Of a stretch of DNA of 64,000 nucleotides, positions 1 through 9,545 are shown piece by piece (the first letter of the stretch is position 1; every line of letters starts with the position of its first letter). A program made the position numbers and the translations under genes. The stretch covers positions 2,080,001-2,144,000 of the forward strand of contig OY970340.1 in assembly GCA_963717465.1 (NCBI GenBank), read 5' to 3'. The stretch is from Candidatus Bathyarchaeota archaeon. Its GTDB lineage: Archaea > Thermoproteota > Bathyarchaeia > Bathyarchaeales > Bathycorpusculaceae. Below the pieces are notes generated by a model, which was not told the DNA's origin, did no database searches, and saw only the letters and a program-made list of their open reading frames with translations.

Positions 1-344
1 AGTTTCTCACCATCCAATGTCCTATTGACTTGCGCTCTTGGAAAAGTCATAACAGGAGTTGCCAAAGTCACATTATCTATTGACCTGATGGTGTTCACAT
101 CACTCTGCGAAAATCCTGCACCATTCAGCCCAGCAGCAAAGCTTCCTGGAATTACTATCAAATTGTCTAGCTCAAATCCTTGCTGAAATTGACTGTTAAC
201 AGCAAATCTAAGCCCATCGCCCAGCGAAGCCAATGCGATTATCGTTGTAATTCCTATTATAACGCCAAGCGTAGTCAATGAAGTTCGGAGTTTTCGCTTC
301 TTCAAGTTATCCCACGCTATTGAAACCATTCTCCCTGTTCTCAC
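1..344 (-). CDS. ABC transporter permease (MacB/FtsX family), N-terminal part; runs off window
   Basis: Manual translation from GTG 344, overlapping the upstream stop: [42 protein letters not shown]; directly downstream of an ABC ATPase. Confidence 0.85.
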   Translation of the reverse strand, partial: MRTGRMVSIAWDNLKKRKLRTSLTTLGVIIGITTIIALASLGDGLRFAVNSQFQQGFELDNLIVIPGSFAAGLNGAGFSQSDVNTIRSIDNVTLATPVMTFPRAQVNRTLDGEK

Positions 345-1045
345 GGTCCAGTCCTCCCAGCATTTTCTTTGATATCTTCGATTAAACCATCCTTCAAGTT
401 AACAACGCGGTCTGCACTTTCAGCAACTGTTGTGTCATGAGTTATTATTACTAGGGTGAGACCTTCTTCTTTGTTTAACTTACGCATTAGTTGAACGATT
501 TCTCTGCCAATCTTAGTGTCAAGGTTCCCTGTAGGCTCGTCAGCCAAAATTATTTTTGGGTTATTTATGAGTGCTCTTGCTATTGCCACACGTTGTTGCT
601 CTCCCCCGCTTAGTTCAGACGGACGGTGATCAACTCGTGATTCAAGACCAACGAGTTTCAGCGTCTTTTTTGCTCTTTCTCTTGACTCTTTTTCTGGCAA
701 ATCAGCGATAGCTAACGGCAACTCCACGTTAGCTAACGCTGTTATTCGGGGCAACAGATTGAAAAATTGAAAAACAAAACCGATTTTCGTTAACCGCAGC
801 TTTGCCAATTTGTCATTATCAAGCTGAAGAAGGTTTGAGCCATCGACGATGATGTCTCCTTCATCTGGGCGGTCTAAGCCTCCAATCAAGTGAAGCAATG
901 TTGATTTCCCGCTGCCTGACGGTCCAAAAATGGTTAAGAATTCACCCTTATCTATATTAAAACTGACCCCTCGCAAAGCAGGCACAGAAACCTTCCCCAG
1001 TTGATATGCTTTCTTAACGCCTTTAACTTCGACAATGGGCACCAT
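341..1045 (-). CDS. ABC transporter ATP-binding protein (LolD/MacB-like)
   Basis: [35 protein letters not shown]. Confidence 0.95.
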   Translation of the reverse strand: MVPIVEVKGVKKAYQLGKVSVPALRGVSFNIDKGEFLTIFGPSGSGKSTLLHLIGGLDRPDEGDIIVDGSNLLQLDNDKLAKLRLTKIGFVFQFFNLLPRITALANVELPLAIADLPEKESRERAKKTLKLVGLESRVDHRPSELSGGEQQRVAIARALINNPKIILADEPTGNLDTKIGREIVQLMRKLNKEEGLTLVIITHDTTVAESADRVVNLKDGLIEDIKENAGRTGP

Positions 1046-1226
1046 AACTAACCCAAGTTAACGTTTAGAAATAGAAAATCTGTAACTTCCATATTAAAGT
1101 TATTAAATTAAATGTCAACCAATTATTAATTGAGAATCAGTTGATTAATTCTGTTAGAATGCAGGTTAAGCTACTTCTAAATTCAAATTCTTTTCGAATC
1201 TTTGAAAAATAAGGGAGCGAACTGTG

Positions 1227-1802
1227 TTAAAGTCTTAGGTATTTTCTTAATCTGTTTGCAATTAAGTAGGCTGCTGGGATTGTGTAAAGTGCTAATGTTG
1301 CGTTGAATACTGCAATCAATGGTAGAGCTGCTATGACAGCTACTAGAGGATAGCTAAAACCAATCGGTGGAGGTTGGGGTAGTCCTATGAAATTGACTAA
1401 TGTCATGCCTGCGACACGGGTTGTGATGCCCATTGCTGTTGCGGCTGCAATCCACTTGGCAGAGTAAACCAAATCAGTTTGCTTATTTTTGTTATTGTAA
1501 ACTTTTTTGAAAATAAGTTCCACAACTAGAATACCCAGTTGCATTGTTAGTACAGCAGCTAAATTGTAGATTGGTCCGGTTGGTAGGTTGCCCGGAAATA
1601 TTGCAATCAAGACGATTGCGTTAAGCACGGAGATTAGCAATCCTGCTAAAGGGCTTATTAATATAAAGGCGATTACGATAGGGATTTCCCAAATTTGGTA
1701 GTAGAGAAATGGTATGTATGGAGCTGGCACTCTCACTAATTGGCCTAAGACAAGCGTTAAAGCAGTAAAGACTATTATTAATGCGAGTTGTTTTGTTTTC
1801 AC
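1227..1802 (-). CDS. ECF transporter S-component-like membrane protein
   Basis: 191 aa, about 6 hydrophobic segments, N-terminal TKQLALIIVFTAL and YQIWEIP pattern. Confidence 0.6.
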   Translation of the reverse strand: MKTKQLALIIVFTALTLVLGQLVRVPAPYIPFLYYQIWEIPIVIAFILISPLAGLLISVLNAIVLIAIFPGNLPTGPIYNLAAVLTMQLGILVVELIFKKVYNNKNKQTDLVYSAKWIAAATAMGITTRVAGMTLVNFIGLPQPPPIGFSYPLVAVIAALPLIAVFNATLALYTIPAAYLIANRLRKYLRL

Positions 1803-1928
1803 GGTCTTTTCTCCTTGGCTGTTTATTGCTGCATTGTTAACTATTTAAGAGTAGCTACCCAAAGTAGAGTACAAATTTGGCTAAAAATTGATAAACAGGA
1901 CGAACCACTAAGTCTTTAGTGACATCGG

Positions 1929-3179
1929 TTGACTGAAACAATCCAATTCTCCACCACTAACGAAGCAAGACGCTGGCTTGAAAATCAAACAAACGCAACA
2001 TTGACGCCAGTGCAAAATCAAGCGAAAAAGCTCCGCGATGAGATGAACCTTGCTATTCAAGGTATCAACGGTGCATGCAAAATGTTGGCGGATAGCAGTT
2101 CGAAGGAAATCGAGAAAAGAAACATGAGAGTCTACAATCGCGCCAGAGCCTTAAGCAAACTAGCAAACCTTTTTTTGGACAGACTAAAAAAAATCAGTCC
2201 TCCAGAACAGGTCACTTACGACAGCCTAAGTAGGTATGCAGTAGAAACACAAAAGATTCTCAATGTTATCGACGTGGACGTTAAGAACTGGTTTCCGAAA
2301 ATTTCACCTTTCTTCATCATTGATAGGCGCAAATTCTTAACTGTTTACGAGAAAACTAAACTGACTTACTCACTGATGAATGATTTCTTAACAAAGGAAT
2401 ACGTGAAAACAAAAACCTTGGAGGAAACCTTTCAGCTTCTAAATGAAATTACCAATCTTGAAGAAAAAGTCGCTGAAACTCAAAAAGAAAAACAAGCCAT
2501 AAAAAACGAGTTAATTCCTGTTAAAATAGAAATTGCTGACTTAAACAAGAAAATCGATGAGTTGAGAAATAAAGGGCCGATAAATACTTTGAACTCGGCA
2601 AACGCTGAAATAGCTGGAGTGACGATAGAGCTGAAACGTCTCTTGGATCACCTGCAAAAACCATTCGTTAAGATGCAGGCATTGGCAACTTCAGGCGGCG
2701 GAGGCGGCATTACTCCTGATGAGCTTCATAAACTTACTGATTACTTGGAGAAACCTTTTGAGGCGCTAGCTTCTGAGGAAAAAGATTTTCCACTGCTTAA
2801 GGAGATTTTCCGAAAGCTGTCAGGTTTAATAAGTGAGGATAAACTTAAATTAAAACCTGATAAAGCAAGAAAAGCTGAACAAACAATCGATGAAATTCTC
2901 AACAAAGCCGCATTATCAAAACTGGAGTTCCGTGTTAAAGAGTTAGCTAAACAAAAGCAGCAACTGCAAAATTCTCCTGATTTAGATGATGTTAAAAGAA
3001 GTTTAGCCAAGTTTCAGGAGCAACTAGAGACACTTAAGGCTAAAAAAGTAAGCATTGAATCTCATGAGGCAGTTAAAGAGCAATTACTCAGTTCTACGTT
3101 GACGGAAATAGACAACCATAAGAAAACTGTAGAAAAAAACATTTATGTAGCGTTAGGCAAAAAAATGCGACTCGCCTAA
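1929..3179 (+). CDS. Hypothetical coiled-coil protein
   Basis: 416-aa K/E/L-rich ORF; no recognised motif. Confidence 0.7.
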   Translation: MTETIQFSTTNEARRWLENQTNATLTPVQNQAKKLRDEMNLAIQGINGACKMLADSSSKEIEKRNMRVYNRARALSKLANLFLDRLKKISPPEQVTYDSLSRYAVETQKILNVIDVDVKNWFPKISPFFIIDRRKFLTVYEKTKLTYSLMNDFLTKEYVKTKTLEETFQLLNEITNLEEKVAETQKEKQAIKNELIPVKIEIADLNKKIDELRNKGPINTLNSANAEIAGVTIELKRLLDHLQKPFVKMQALATSGGGGGITPDELHKLTDYLEKPFEALASEEKDFPLLKEIFRKLSGLISEDKLKLKPDKARKAEQTIDEILNKAALSKLEFRVKELAKQKQQLQNSPDLDDVKRSLAKFQEQLETLKAKKVSIESHEAVKEQLLSSTLTEIDNHKKTVEKNIYVALGKKMRLA

Positions 3180-3194
3180 TTGACGTGAATTACG

Positions 3195-4118
3195 TTGGAT
3201 TTAGCCGATTTGATTCAAGAATCAAAGATTGCTTCAAGCAGCCATTTTATAGATGTTGTTGAATCTGCCATTAAATTGTTGAAAAGTGAAACTGGCAAAG
3301 TTGGCAACTTTATAGTAACAGAGCGTTTAGTTCGACTTGCACCCGAAGGCGAGGCATTAATAATCGGCGATTTGCATGGGGATCTAAAAAGCCTTAGCAT
3401 GATCCTGACTGAAAGCGAGTTCATAAAAATAATGCAGCAAACAAAAAAGGCAAAACTGGTTTTTCTTGGCGATTACGGCGATCGTGGACCTTACTCAGTT
3501 GAAGTATACTTTGTTATTTTATCTCTCAAACTTGCTTTTCCTGAACAGGTCTTTCTTTTACGTGGGAATCATGAGGGTCCAAAGGACTTGATGGTTTCGC
3601 CGCACGATTTGCCCCTTCAGTTTAAGTCTCGATTTAAGGATGATTCTGGCGAGGCTTATTTGAAAACCCGTAAGCTATTTAATTATTTGTACAACGCGGT
3701 TTATGTGAGTGAACGTTACCTTATTGTTCATGGTGGTCTGTCGCCTGAAATCAGAAGCCTAAAAGACATAGCGCAAGCCAGCCAGCGACATCCGAAGGAA
3801 GCAACGTTGGAGAATTTACTTTGGAGTGACCCAGATGAAACAATAGATGGCACCGCTTCTTCACCTCGCTGTGCAGGATTACATTTTGGTAAAAAAGTTA
3901 CTGAAACAGTTTTAGAAAAATTGAATGCTAAAATTTTGATTAGAGGACATGAACCGTGTGAGCAAGGTTTCAAGATTAACCATGATGGAAGAGTACTAAC
4001 ATTATTTTCCATGAAAGGCGCGCCTTACTTTAACGAGTATGGCACTTACTTGCAAGTTGATTTATCCTCTAAGCCGCAGAACGCAAATGATCTAGTCTTG
4101 TTCATACACAAGTTTTAG
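3195..4118 (+). CDS. Ser/Thr protein phosphatase, PPP family
   Basis: GDLHG, GDYGDRG, LRGNHE, VHGG, LLWSDP, IRGHE motifs. Confidence 0.92.
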   Translation: MDLADLIQESKIASSSHFIDVVESAIKLLKSETGKVGNFIVTERLVRLAPEGEALIIGDLHGDLKSLSMILTESEFIKIMQQTKKAKLVFLGDYGDRGPYSVEVYFVILSLKLAFPEQVFLLRGNHEGPKDLMVSPHDLPLQFKSRFKDDSGEAYLKTRKLFNYLYNAVYVSERYLIVHGGLSPEIRSLKDIAQASQRHPKEATLENLLWSDPDETIDGTASSPRCAGLHFGKKVTETVLEKLNAKILIRGHEPCEQGFKINHDGRVLTLFSMKGAPYFNEYGTYLQVDLSSKPQNANDLVLFIHKF

Positions 4119-4211
4119 TCATCAGAGTTTTTATTATAGTCCCTTGGTAGTATGGCACAAAAGACTTAATAATCAACACATAAGCATGTTGAAAACAACA
4201 ATCAAAGAAGA

Positions 4212-5099
4212 GTGCCGTCTTTGAAATTTGGAATAATGACCAGAAACATGGAGGCTTGGAGTTCCGCTCAGGTTAGAGAGGCATTGGCGAATCGTGGCAT
4301 ACCCTATGAATGCTTCACTTTTCCAACATTAGTCGCGAGACTCGCATACAAACCATACTTTAAAGTAATGGGAACAAGCATCCTTGACGATTTGGATGCG
4401 CTGATAATTCGTCCGATTGGTCGTGGTTCGCTTGAAGAACTTGTATTCAGAATGGACATGCTATACAAGCTGGAGCGTCAAGGATTTTACATGGTTAACC
4501 CACCAACCGCGATTGAACATTGTGTGGATAAATATGACATTTTAGCACTGCTTGAGGATGTGGGAGTTCCAGTACCGCTGACATTGGCTACAGAAAGCGT
4601 AAATGAAGCCATAGCCGCTTTCGATGAATTAGGCGGAGACGTTGTAGTTAAACCGATTTTTGGTTCAAGAGGACAAGGAGCAACTCGTATCATCGACAAA
4701 GATATCGCAGACACTATATTCAAGGCCATTACTTTTCATCATGGAGTTATTTACATGCAGGAGTTTGTGCCGCATGGGACATCGGATTTGCGGGCATTCG
4801 TCATTAACGATCAAGTAGTAGCGTCAATGCGTCGGGTAGCAACGGGTTGGAAAACTAATTACAGCCAAGGCGCAAAGCCTGCACCAGCTAAAATTAGCCC
4901 AGAATTCGAAGAATTAGCGATTAAATCTTCTCAAACAGTCGGCTGCAAAATCGCTGGAGTTGACATCCTCGAGGGCCCAAAAGGTCCACGCATTGTTGAC
5001 GTTAACAGTCAACCTGGATGGAAAGGCCTGCAAGCGGTTACAAACGTCAACATTGCCGACGAAATAGTAAAATTCGTTTTGTCAGAGCTTAAAAAATAG
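4212..5099 (+). CDS. RimK-family ATP-grasp ligase (MptN-like)
   Basis: VKPIFGSRGQG, YMQEFV, WKTNYSQG, AGVDIL, DVNSQPGW. Confidence 0.85.
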   Translation: MPSLKFGIMTRNMEAWSSAQVREALANRGIPYECFTFPTLVARLAYKPYFKVMGTSILDDLDALIIRPIGRGSLEELVFRMDMLYKLERQGFYMVNPPTAIEHCVDKYDILALLEDVGVPVPLTLATESVNEAIAAFDELGGDVVVKPIFGSRGQGATRIIDKDIADTIFKAITFHHGVIYMQEFVPHGTSDLRAFVINDQVVASMRRVATGWKTNYSQGAKPAPAKISPEFEELAIKSSQTVGCKIAGVDILEGPKGPRIVDVNSQPGWKGLQAVTNVNIADEIVKFVLSELKK

Positions 5100-5267
5100 C
5101 TATTTGCTAGAAAACAGCGCGGTCGGCATAAATCGGCAACATAAAGTTTTTTTTCTTTCTCTGAGAAGCAATCCTTGACCTCTTATACTTTCGGCGAGCG
5201 TTTTGAGTAAGGAAGTAACTTGGGTCGCTTCATTGGTTTATAAAGTTAAGCCCGTTGCTCGAGTTTT

Positions 5268-5882
5268 TTAGCTCCCAAGAAACGATCCATCTTTGGTTTT
5301 AATCAAGTTTTGATTTAAATCGATGATTAAATCCGTGTGGTTAAGTAGCGAATCAATCGCTTGTTTTTCTCGTTTGTTTATTCCGGTTTTTTTATCGTCT
5401 GCAAGCTTTGAACCATAATACGCTGTGACTAAGACAGTTTCAGACAATTGCATGCATTCTAAGATTTTTGTAAGTTTACCACAGTGCAAGTAAAGCGTTA
5501 CATCGTTTAATAAAAGAATTTTTGAGCTATTTTTTAAAAAGCAGTCGAGATACGGAGTCATATTTTCCATGTTTAGTTTCGCTAATTTCATGATTTCTAT
5601 CGCTGATTTGCCCATAACCCTAGGTGCGTAAACTGTTTTAGGCGAGAAATACGACACTTTGTCCATTTCAGTATAATCTTTTATTTTTCCACCAATTTGA
5701 CCCAGTTTTTCAGGTGCAAAATCAATCACAGTTATCTCTTCAGGTTTAGCTACAAGAATTAGATCCCTCAAAAGTTTAGCAGCTAATACGGTTTTACCCG
5801 TATTTACGTCGCCCATTATCAAAGTTTTCTTTTGGATAATGTCTTTGCCGTTTAATCGAATTTCTTTGCCATTACTTTCCAA
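5268..5882 (-). CDS. Uncharacterised P-loop NTPase, last gene of thi operon
   Basis: Walker A GDVNTGKT; overlaps thiW stop. Confidence 0.65.
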   Translation of the reverse strand: MESNGKEIRLNGKDIIQKKTLIMGDVNTGKTVLAAKLLRDLILVAKPEEITVIDFAPEKLGQIGGKIKDYTEMDKVSYFSPKTVYAPRVMGKSAIEIMKLAKLNMENMTPYLDCFLKNSSKILLLNDVTLYLHCGKLTKILECMQLSETVLVTAYYGSKLADDKKTGINKREKQAIDSLLNHTDLIIDLNQNLIKTKDGSFLGS

Positions 5883-6447
5883 ACAATTTTTCCCTACTAA
5901 TCCCTATTTTGTACAACGCCAACAAAATTACAAACCCAATTATGCATCCAGGTATGCAACTTAAAGCCCATCCAGCGCTAAAAACTGAGAAAGCAAACAA
6001 TGGTCCCTTGCCGAGTAAATTCAATAAGCTTGAAGTACCAATCACTGGAGCAAACAAAAAGAGAGATAGAGGTGCACCGATAAAAATAGTTCCTAAGGGT
6101 TCGGTAAGTGCTGCCAATAAACATTTTCTTTCGCTGAATTTTAAAGATTTAAATAACCAGTAGAAGACGCCTACGATAACGCCTCCTGGTATACCTCCAG
6201 GAAAAGCGTAGAGAGTTCCAGTGCCCAACATGTTACGCACACCTCCGATCGCAATTGCACTGCCCGCCGCCCAGAGCGGTCCTAAAAGTACGCCCATAAT
6301 GGCATTAATCATGTGCTGAGTAGGATTCGCCAATGTGCCTAAAATTGCGAAAGATGTGAATTGAGATAAAACAATTCCCAAAGCGGAAAGAACGATAAAC
6401 AGCGTAAGCTTCCTGAGATAAATTGACCTTTTTTCCATTTTTTTCAT
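5872..6447 (-). CDS. thiW: ECF S-component ThiW (thiazole precursor uptake)
   Basis: PTQHMINAIMGVLLGP, GTGTLYAFPGGIPG, EPLGT; thi operon context. Confidence 0.88.
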   Translation of the reverse strand: MKKMEKRSIYLRKLTLFIVLSALGIVLSQFTSFAILGTLANPTQHMINAIMGVLLGPLWAAGSAIAIGGVRNMLGTGTLYAFPGGIPGGVIVGVFYWLFKSLKFSERKCLLAALTEPLGTIFIGAPLSLFLFAPVIGTSSLLNLLGKGPLFAFSVFSAGWALSCIPGCIIGFVILLALYKIGISREKLFGK

Positions 6448-6449
6448 AT

Positions 6450-7820
6450 TCAGGCGTCTCGCTTTTCATGTTCTTGGCTCTTAATGGCCAGTTGCGTGAG
6501 AAGTTTTACTAATTCAGATGGTTCTGGACCTGAAAGTACAATCATCGGTTCCTTGCCGATTGCGCCTCTATGATAAATGACGTCTGGGACTTTGCCTGCC
6601 CTTTTAATGGCTTGGTTTACTCCCCAAGGAATAGTCATACCTTCAGTTTGCCTAATGTCTTCAGGTTCTTCTTGCCGGTCATAACATGAGATCGTGAGGT
6701 TGCTTTGCTTTAGAAGCCTAAGAAGGTCATCGGAAAACTTTATGTTAACAGCACAGACTTTCTTTTCATCATACTTGGAAATCTCCATTATGTACCTTGC
6801 AAGGTGCGAGGAACGCCCGAATTTTACGCTACCAACAGCTTTTGGTCCATCAACGGTTCTCGTAATCCTACCATCGATAGACGCAACATCTTGATTTCCC
6901 TGCGGGTTAGGAATAGCCATAGCGATGTTCATGCCGACTTCAGGAATTAAAACTGAAATTTCAGGCTGCTCAAGAATTTTTTTTGTTTTTTCCAGTTCTT
7001 TTATGACGGTGTATCTTGATGAGTCTCGATAAATATTAGCAAAAGGATTGACTGAACCATAACCGTGCCCAACGTTTATCCCGAATTTAATTGCAGAAGT
7101 TACCAAGTCCTTTGCTTTTTCTATAGCACAGGGAATATCCAAGCCCATAGCGATGCATGCTGTAATGGCTGCTGAAAAGCAGCAGCCTGTTCCATGTGTT
7201 GTCTTAACGTTTAATCTTTCGTTGCTAAACGTTTGGAATTTGCCTTCATAATATAACAAGTCAGTTGCGTTCTTTTCTTCCAAGTGCCCTCCTTTAATTA
7301 CAACTGCCTTTGGCCCCATTTTCGAGATTCGCTCAGCCGCGGTCTCCGCATCTTTTATGTTCTTTACCTCTATTTCTGCAAGCTTTTCAGCTTCAAACCT
7401 GTTTGGGGTTATTACAGTAGCTTTGGGTAAGAGCACCGTTTTGAAAACTTTCAAAGCGTCTGGTTCGAGCAGTTGTGAACCCGCTTTGGCAATCATAACA
7501 GGGTCGACAACAACTTTGAAATTGTGCTTTGATAATTCAGCGGCAACTGTTTTGATGATTTTTTCTGTGTGAAGCATGCCTGTTTTTGCCGCGTCCACGA
7601 GTAAGTCTTCAGTTATTGCTTGAATTTGTTCTTGAATAATTTTCGGGGGTAAGTCTTCAATCGCGGTGATTGATTTGGTGTTTTGAGCGGTTATCGAAGT
7701 TATTGCTGATGTTCCGTGCACGCCTAGTGCTGCAAAAGTTTTGAGATCAGCTTGAATTCCCGCTCCTCCAATAGAGTCGCTTCCCGCAATTGTCATGGCA
7801 ACGGGAATTTTATTTTTCAT
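6450..7820 (-). CDS. thiDN: Bifunctional HMP/HMP-P kinase - thiamine-phosphate synthase (ThiD-ThiN)
   Basis: TIAGSDSIGGAGIQADLKT, HGTGC; C-terminal ThiN motifs LIPEVGMN, FGRSSHLA, GKEPM. Confidence 0.93.
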   Translation of the reverse strand: MKNKIPVAMTIAGSDSIGGAGIQADLKTFAALGVHGTSAITSITAQNTKSITAIEDLPPKIIQEQIQAITEDLLVDAAKTGMLHTEKIIKTVAAELSKHNFKVVVDPVMIAKAGSQLLEPDALKVFKTVLLPKATVITPNRFEAEKLAEIEVKNIKDAETAAERISKMGPKAVVIKGGHLEEKNATDLLYYEGKFQTFSNERLNVKTTHGTGCCFSAAITACIAMGLDIPCAIEKAKDLVTSAIKFGINVGHGYGSVNPFANIYRDSSRYTVIKELEKTKKILEQPEISVLIPEVGMNIAMAIPNPQGNQDVASIDGRITRTVDGPKAVGSVKFGRSSHLARYIMEISKYDEKKVCAVNIKFSDDLLRLLKQSNLTISCYDRQEEPEDIRQTEGMTIPWGVNQAIKRAGKVPDVIYHRGAIGKEPMIVLSGPEPSELVKLLTQLAIKSQEHEKRDA

Positions 7821-9117
7821 TTCGTGCTGCCTCGGTTGCCATTGCTTCTTTTAAAAGTTTTATTGCACAATACTGCGAGCACATAGAGCATGTCCCGCCG
7901 TCCTTAGTGGGGACACGGTTATGGATTTCTTGAGCTTTTTCAGGGTCTAACGCGGTTTCAAACTGTTTTTTCCAGTCAAGGTTCGCCCTAGCTTTTGCCA
8001 TCTTTAAGTCTCGAGCAGAAGCTTTAGCACCAAGCTTTACAATATCTACGGAGTGAGCTGCTATTTTTGATGCTATTACGCCTTCCCTGACATCTTCTAA
8101 ATTCGGCAAAGCCAAATGTTCCGAAGGTGTCAGATAACATAAGAAGTCCACGCCGGCAAGCCCAGCTATTGCTCCTCCAATGGCTCCGACAATGTGATCA
8201 TATCCAGGTGCAATATCAGTAACAATTGGACCGAGCACGTAGAAAGGGGCGCCATCGCAAACTGATTTTTCAAGTTGAATGTTAGCGTTTATGTCGTTTA
8301 ACGGCAAATGGCCTGGTCCTTCAACTATGGTTTGCACGTTAGCACTTCTTGCTCTCTTCACGAGTTCTCCCAGGGTTAAAAGTTCGTGAATTTGAGCCCA
8401 ATCTGTTGAGTCGGCTATACATCCAGGTCTGAAGCCGTCTCCAAGGCTTAGCGTAAAGTCGTACTCTGCAGCCATTTCTAAAAGGTAATCAAAGTTAGCG
8501 TATAACGGGTTTTCTTTGCCATGGTGAAGAATCCAAGTAGCGAGGAAAGTTCCGCCGCGGCTTACAATACCCATTACCCGTTTATGTTTCGCAAGTTGTT
8601 TAACGATATCTTGAGTTACACCGCAGTGAACTGTCATGAAGTCCACGCCATCTTTCGCTTGTTCTCGTATAGTGTTGAAAAGGTCATCTTCTGTAATATT
8701 AAGGATCGAACCTTTTTTAACAGCAGCTTCAACGGCTGTTTCATAAATAGGAACTGTTCCGAGTGGGACGCTAACTGTTTTAATCAGCGCTTTTCGCATT
8801 TCATGAAGGTTACCGCCTGTGCTCAAGTCCATAATGGTGTCAGTGCCATATTTAGTCGCAATTTTTGCCTTTTCAATTTCCAATTGAAAGTCGCACATAT
8901 CCTGGCTTGTTCCGATGTTTGTGTTTATTTTTGTACTTAGTCCCTTGCCAATGCCAATAGGATGAATGTTCTGACGCTGTAAATTACGAGTTATAACAAC
9001 AGTTCCTTGAGCAACTTGATCGCGTATAATTTCAGGTGATACATCTTCATCAGCAGCAACGATACGCATCTCGTCAGTTATTTGTCCATTTTTTGCTGCC
9101 TTCATTTGAGTGCTCAT
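7810..9117 (-). CDS. thiC: Phosphomethylpyrimidine synthase
   Basis: MDLSTGG, SRGG, EGPGH, YLTPSEHL, CSMCSQYC. Confidence 0.96.
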   Translation of the reverse strand: MSTQMKAAKNGQITDEMRIVAADEDVSPEIIRDQVAQGTVVITRNLQRQNIHPIGIGKGLSTKINTNIGTSQDMCDFQLEIEKAKIATKYGTDTIMDLSTGGNLHEMRKALIKTVSVPLGTVPIYETAVEAAVKKGSILNITEDDLFNTIREQAKDGVDFMTVHCGVTQDIVKQLAKHKRVMGIVSRGGTFLATWILHHGKENPLYANFDYLLEMAAEYDFTLSLGDGFRPGCIADSTDWAQIHELLTLGELVKRARSANVQTIVEGPGHLPLNDINANIQLEKSVCDGAPFYVLGPIVTDIAPGYDHIVGAIGGAIAGLAGVDFLCYLTPSEHLALPNLEDVREGVIASKIAAHSVDIVKLGAKASARDLKMAKARANLDWKKQFETALDPEKAQEIHNRVPTKDGGTCSMCSQYCAIKLLKEAMATEAARNEK

Positions 9118-9244
9118 TTAGTTCAACTCCATTTCAATTATAAAGAGTAAACAAAGAACTGAAAGCACACTCAAAAGCGCGTGTATTTTGTGGATAACAA
9201 TTTCTGCGAATATTGCCTAGAATTGAATAATTTGGTTTGGTTCA

Positions 9245-9340
9245 CATTTTTCCCTCCGCCAGTATTACCTGGTTCAGGTTCGTTGGGTCGACAGCACATT
9301 AGCTGTCCTCTCAGCCGGGTTCTCCCAGCTCCCCATTTAA
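9245..9340 (-). promoter_or_regulatory. TPP riboswitch aptamer
   Basis: Minus strand GGGGAGC-TGGGAGAACCCG-GCTGAGAGG-ACAGCTAATGTGCTGT-CGACCC-AAC-GAACCTGAA-CCAGGTAATACTGG-CGGAGGGA fits the THI-box pattern; about 130 nt upstream of thiC. Confidence 0.92.
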
Positions 9341-9545
9341 CCTTGCAGATAGATGAGTCATTTAGTGATATTTTAATTTTCCTAATTTTTTTAACGTGTT
9401 TTCATCAAGAACAGTATATTTGTGGAAAAGAAAAAATGATTGAATTAGGAAGGCTATCCTGATGATTCCTTCTTGCAGCTTTTACTCTAAAAGTAAATAA
9501 ATAACTTATCCCTACTTTAGGGAAACCTGATGCATGGTGAATTAA

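Noticed and set aside
9181..9462. 93-aa ORF upstream of thiC
   Set aside because: Antisense to the TPP riboswitch; no protein-like features
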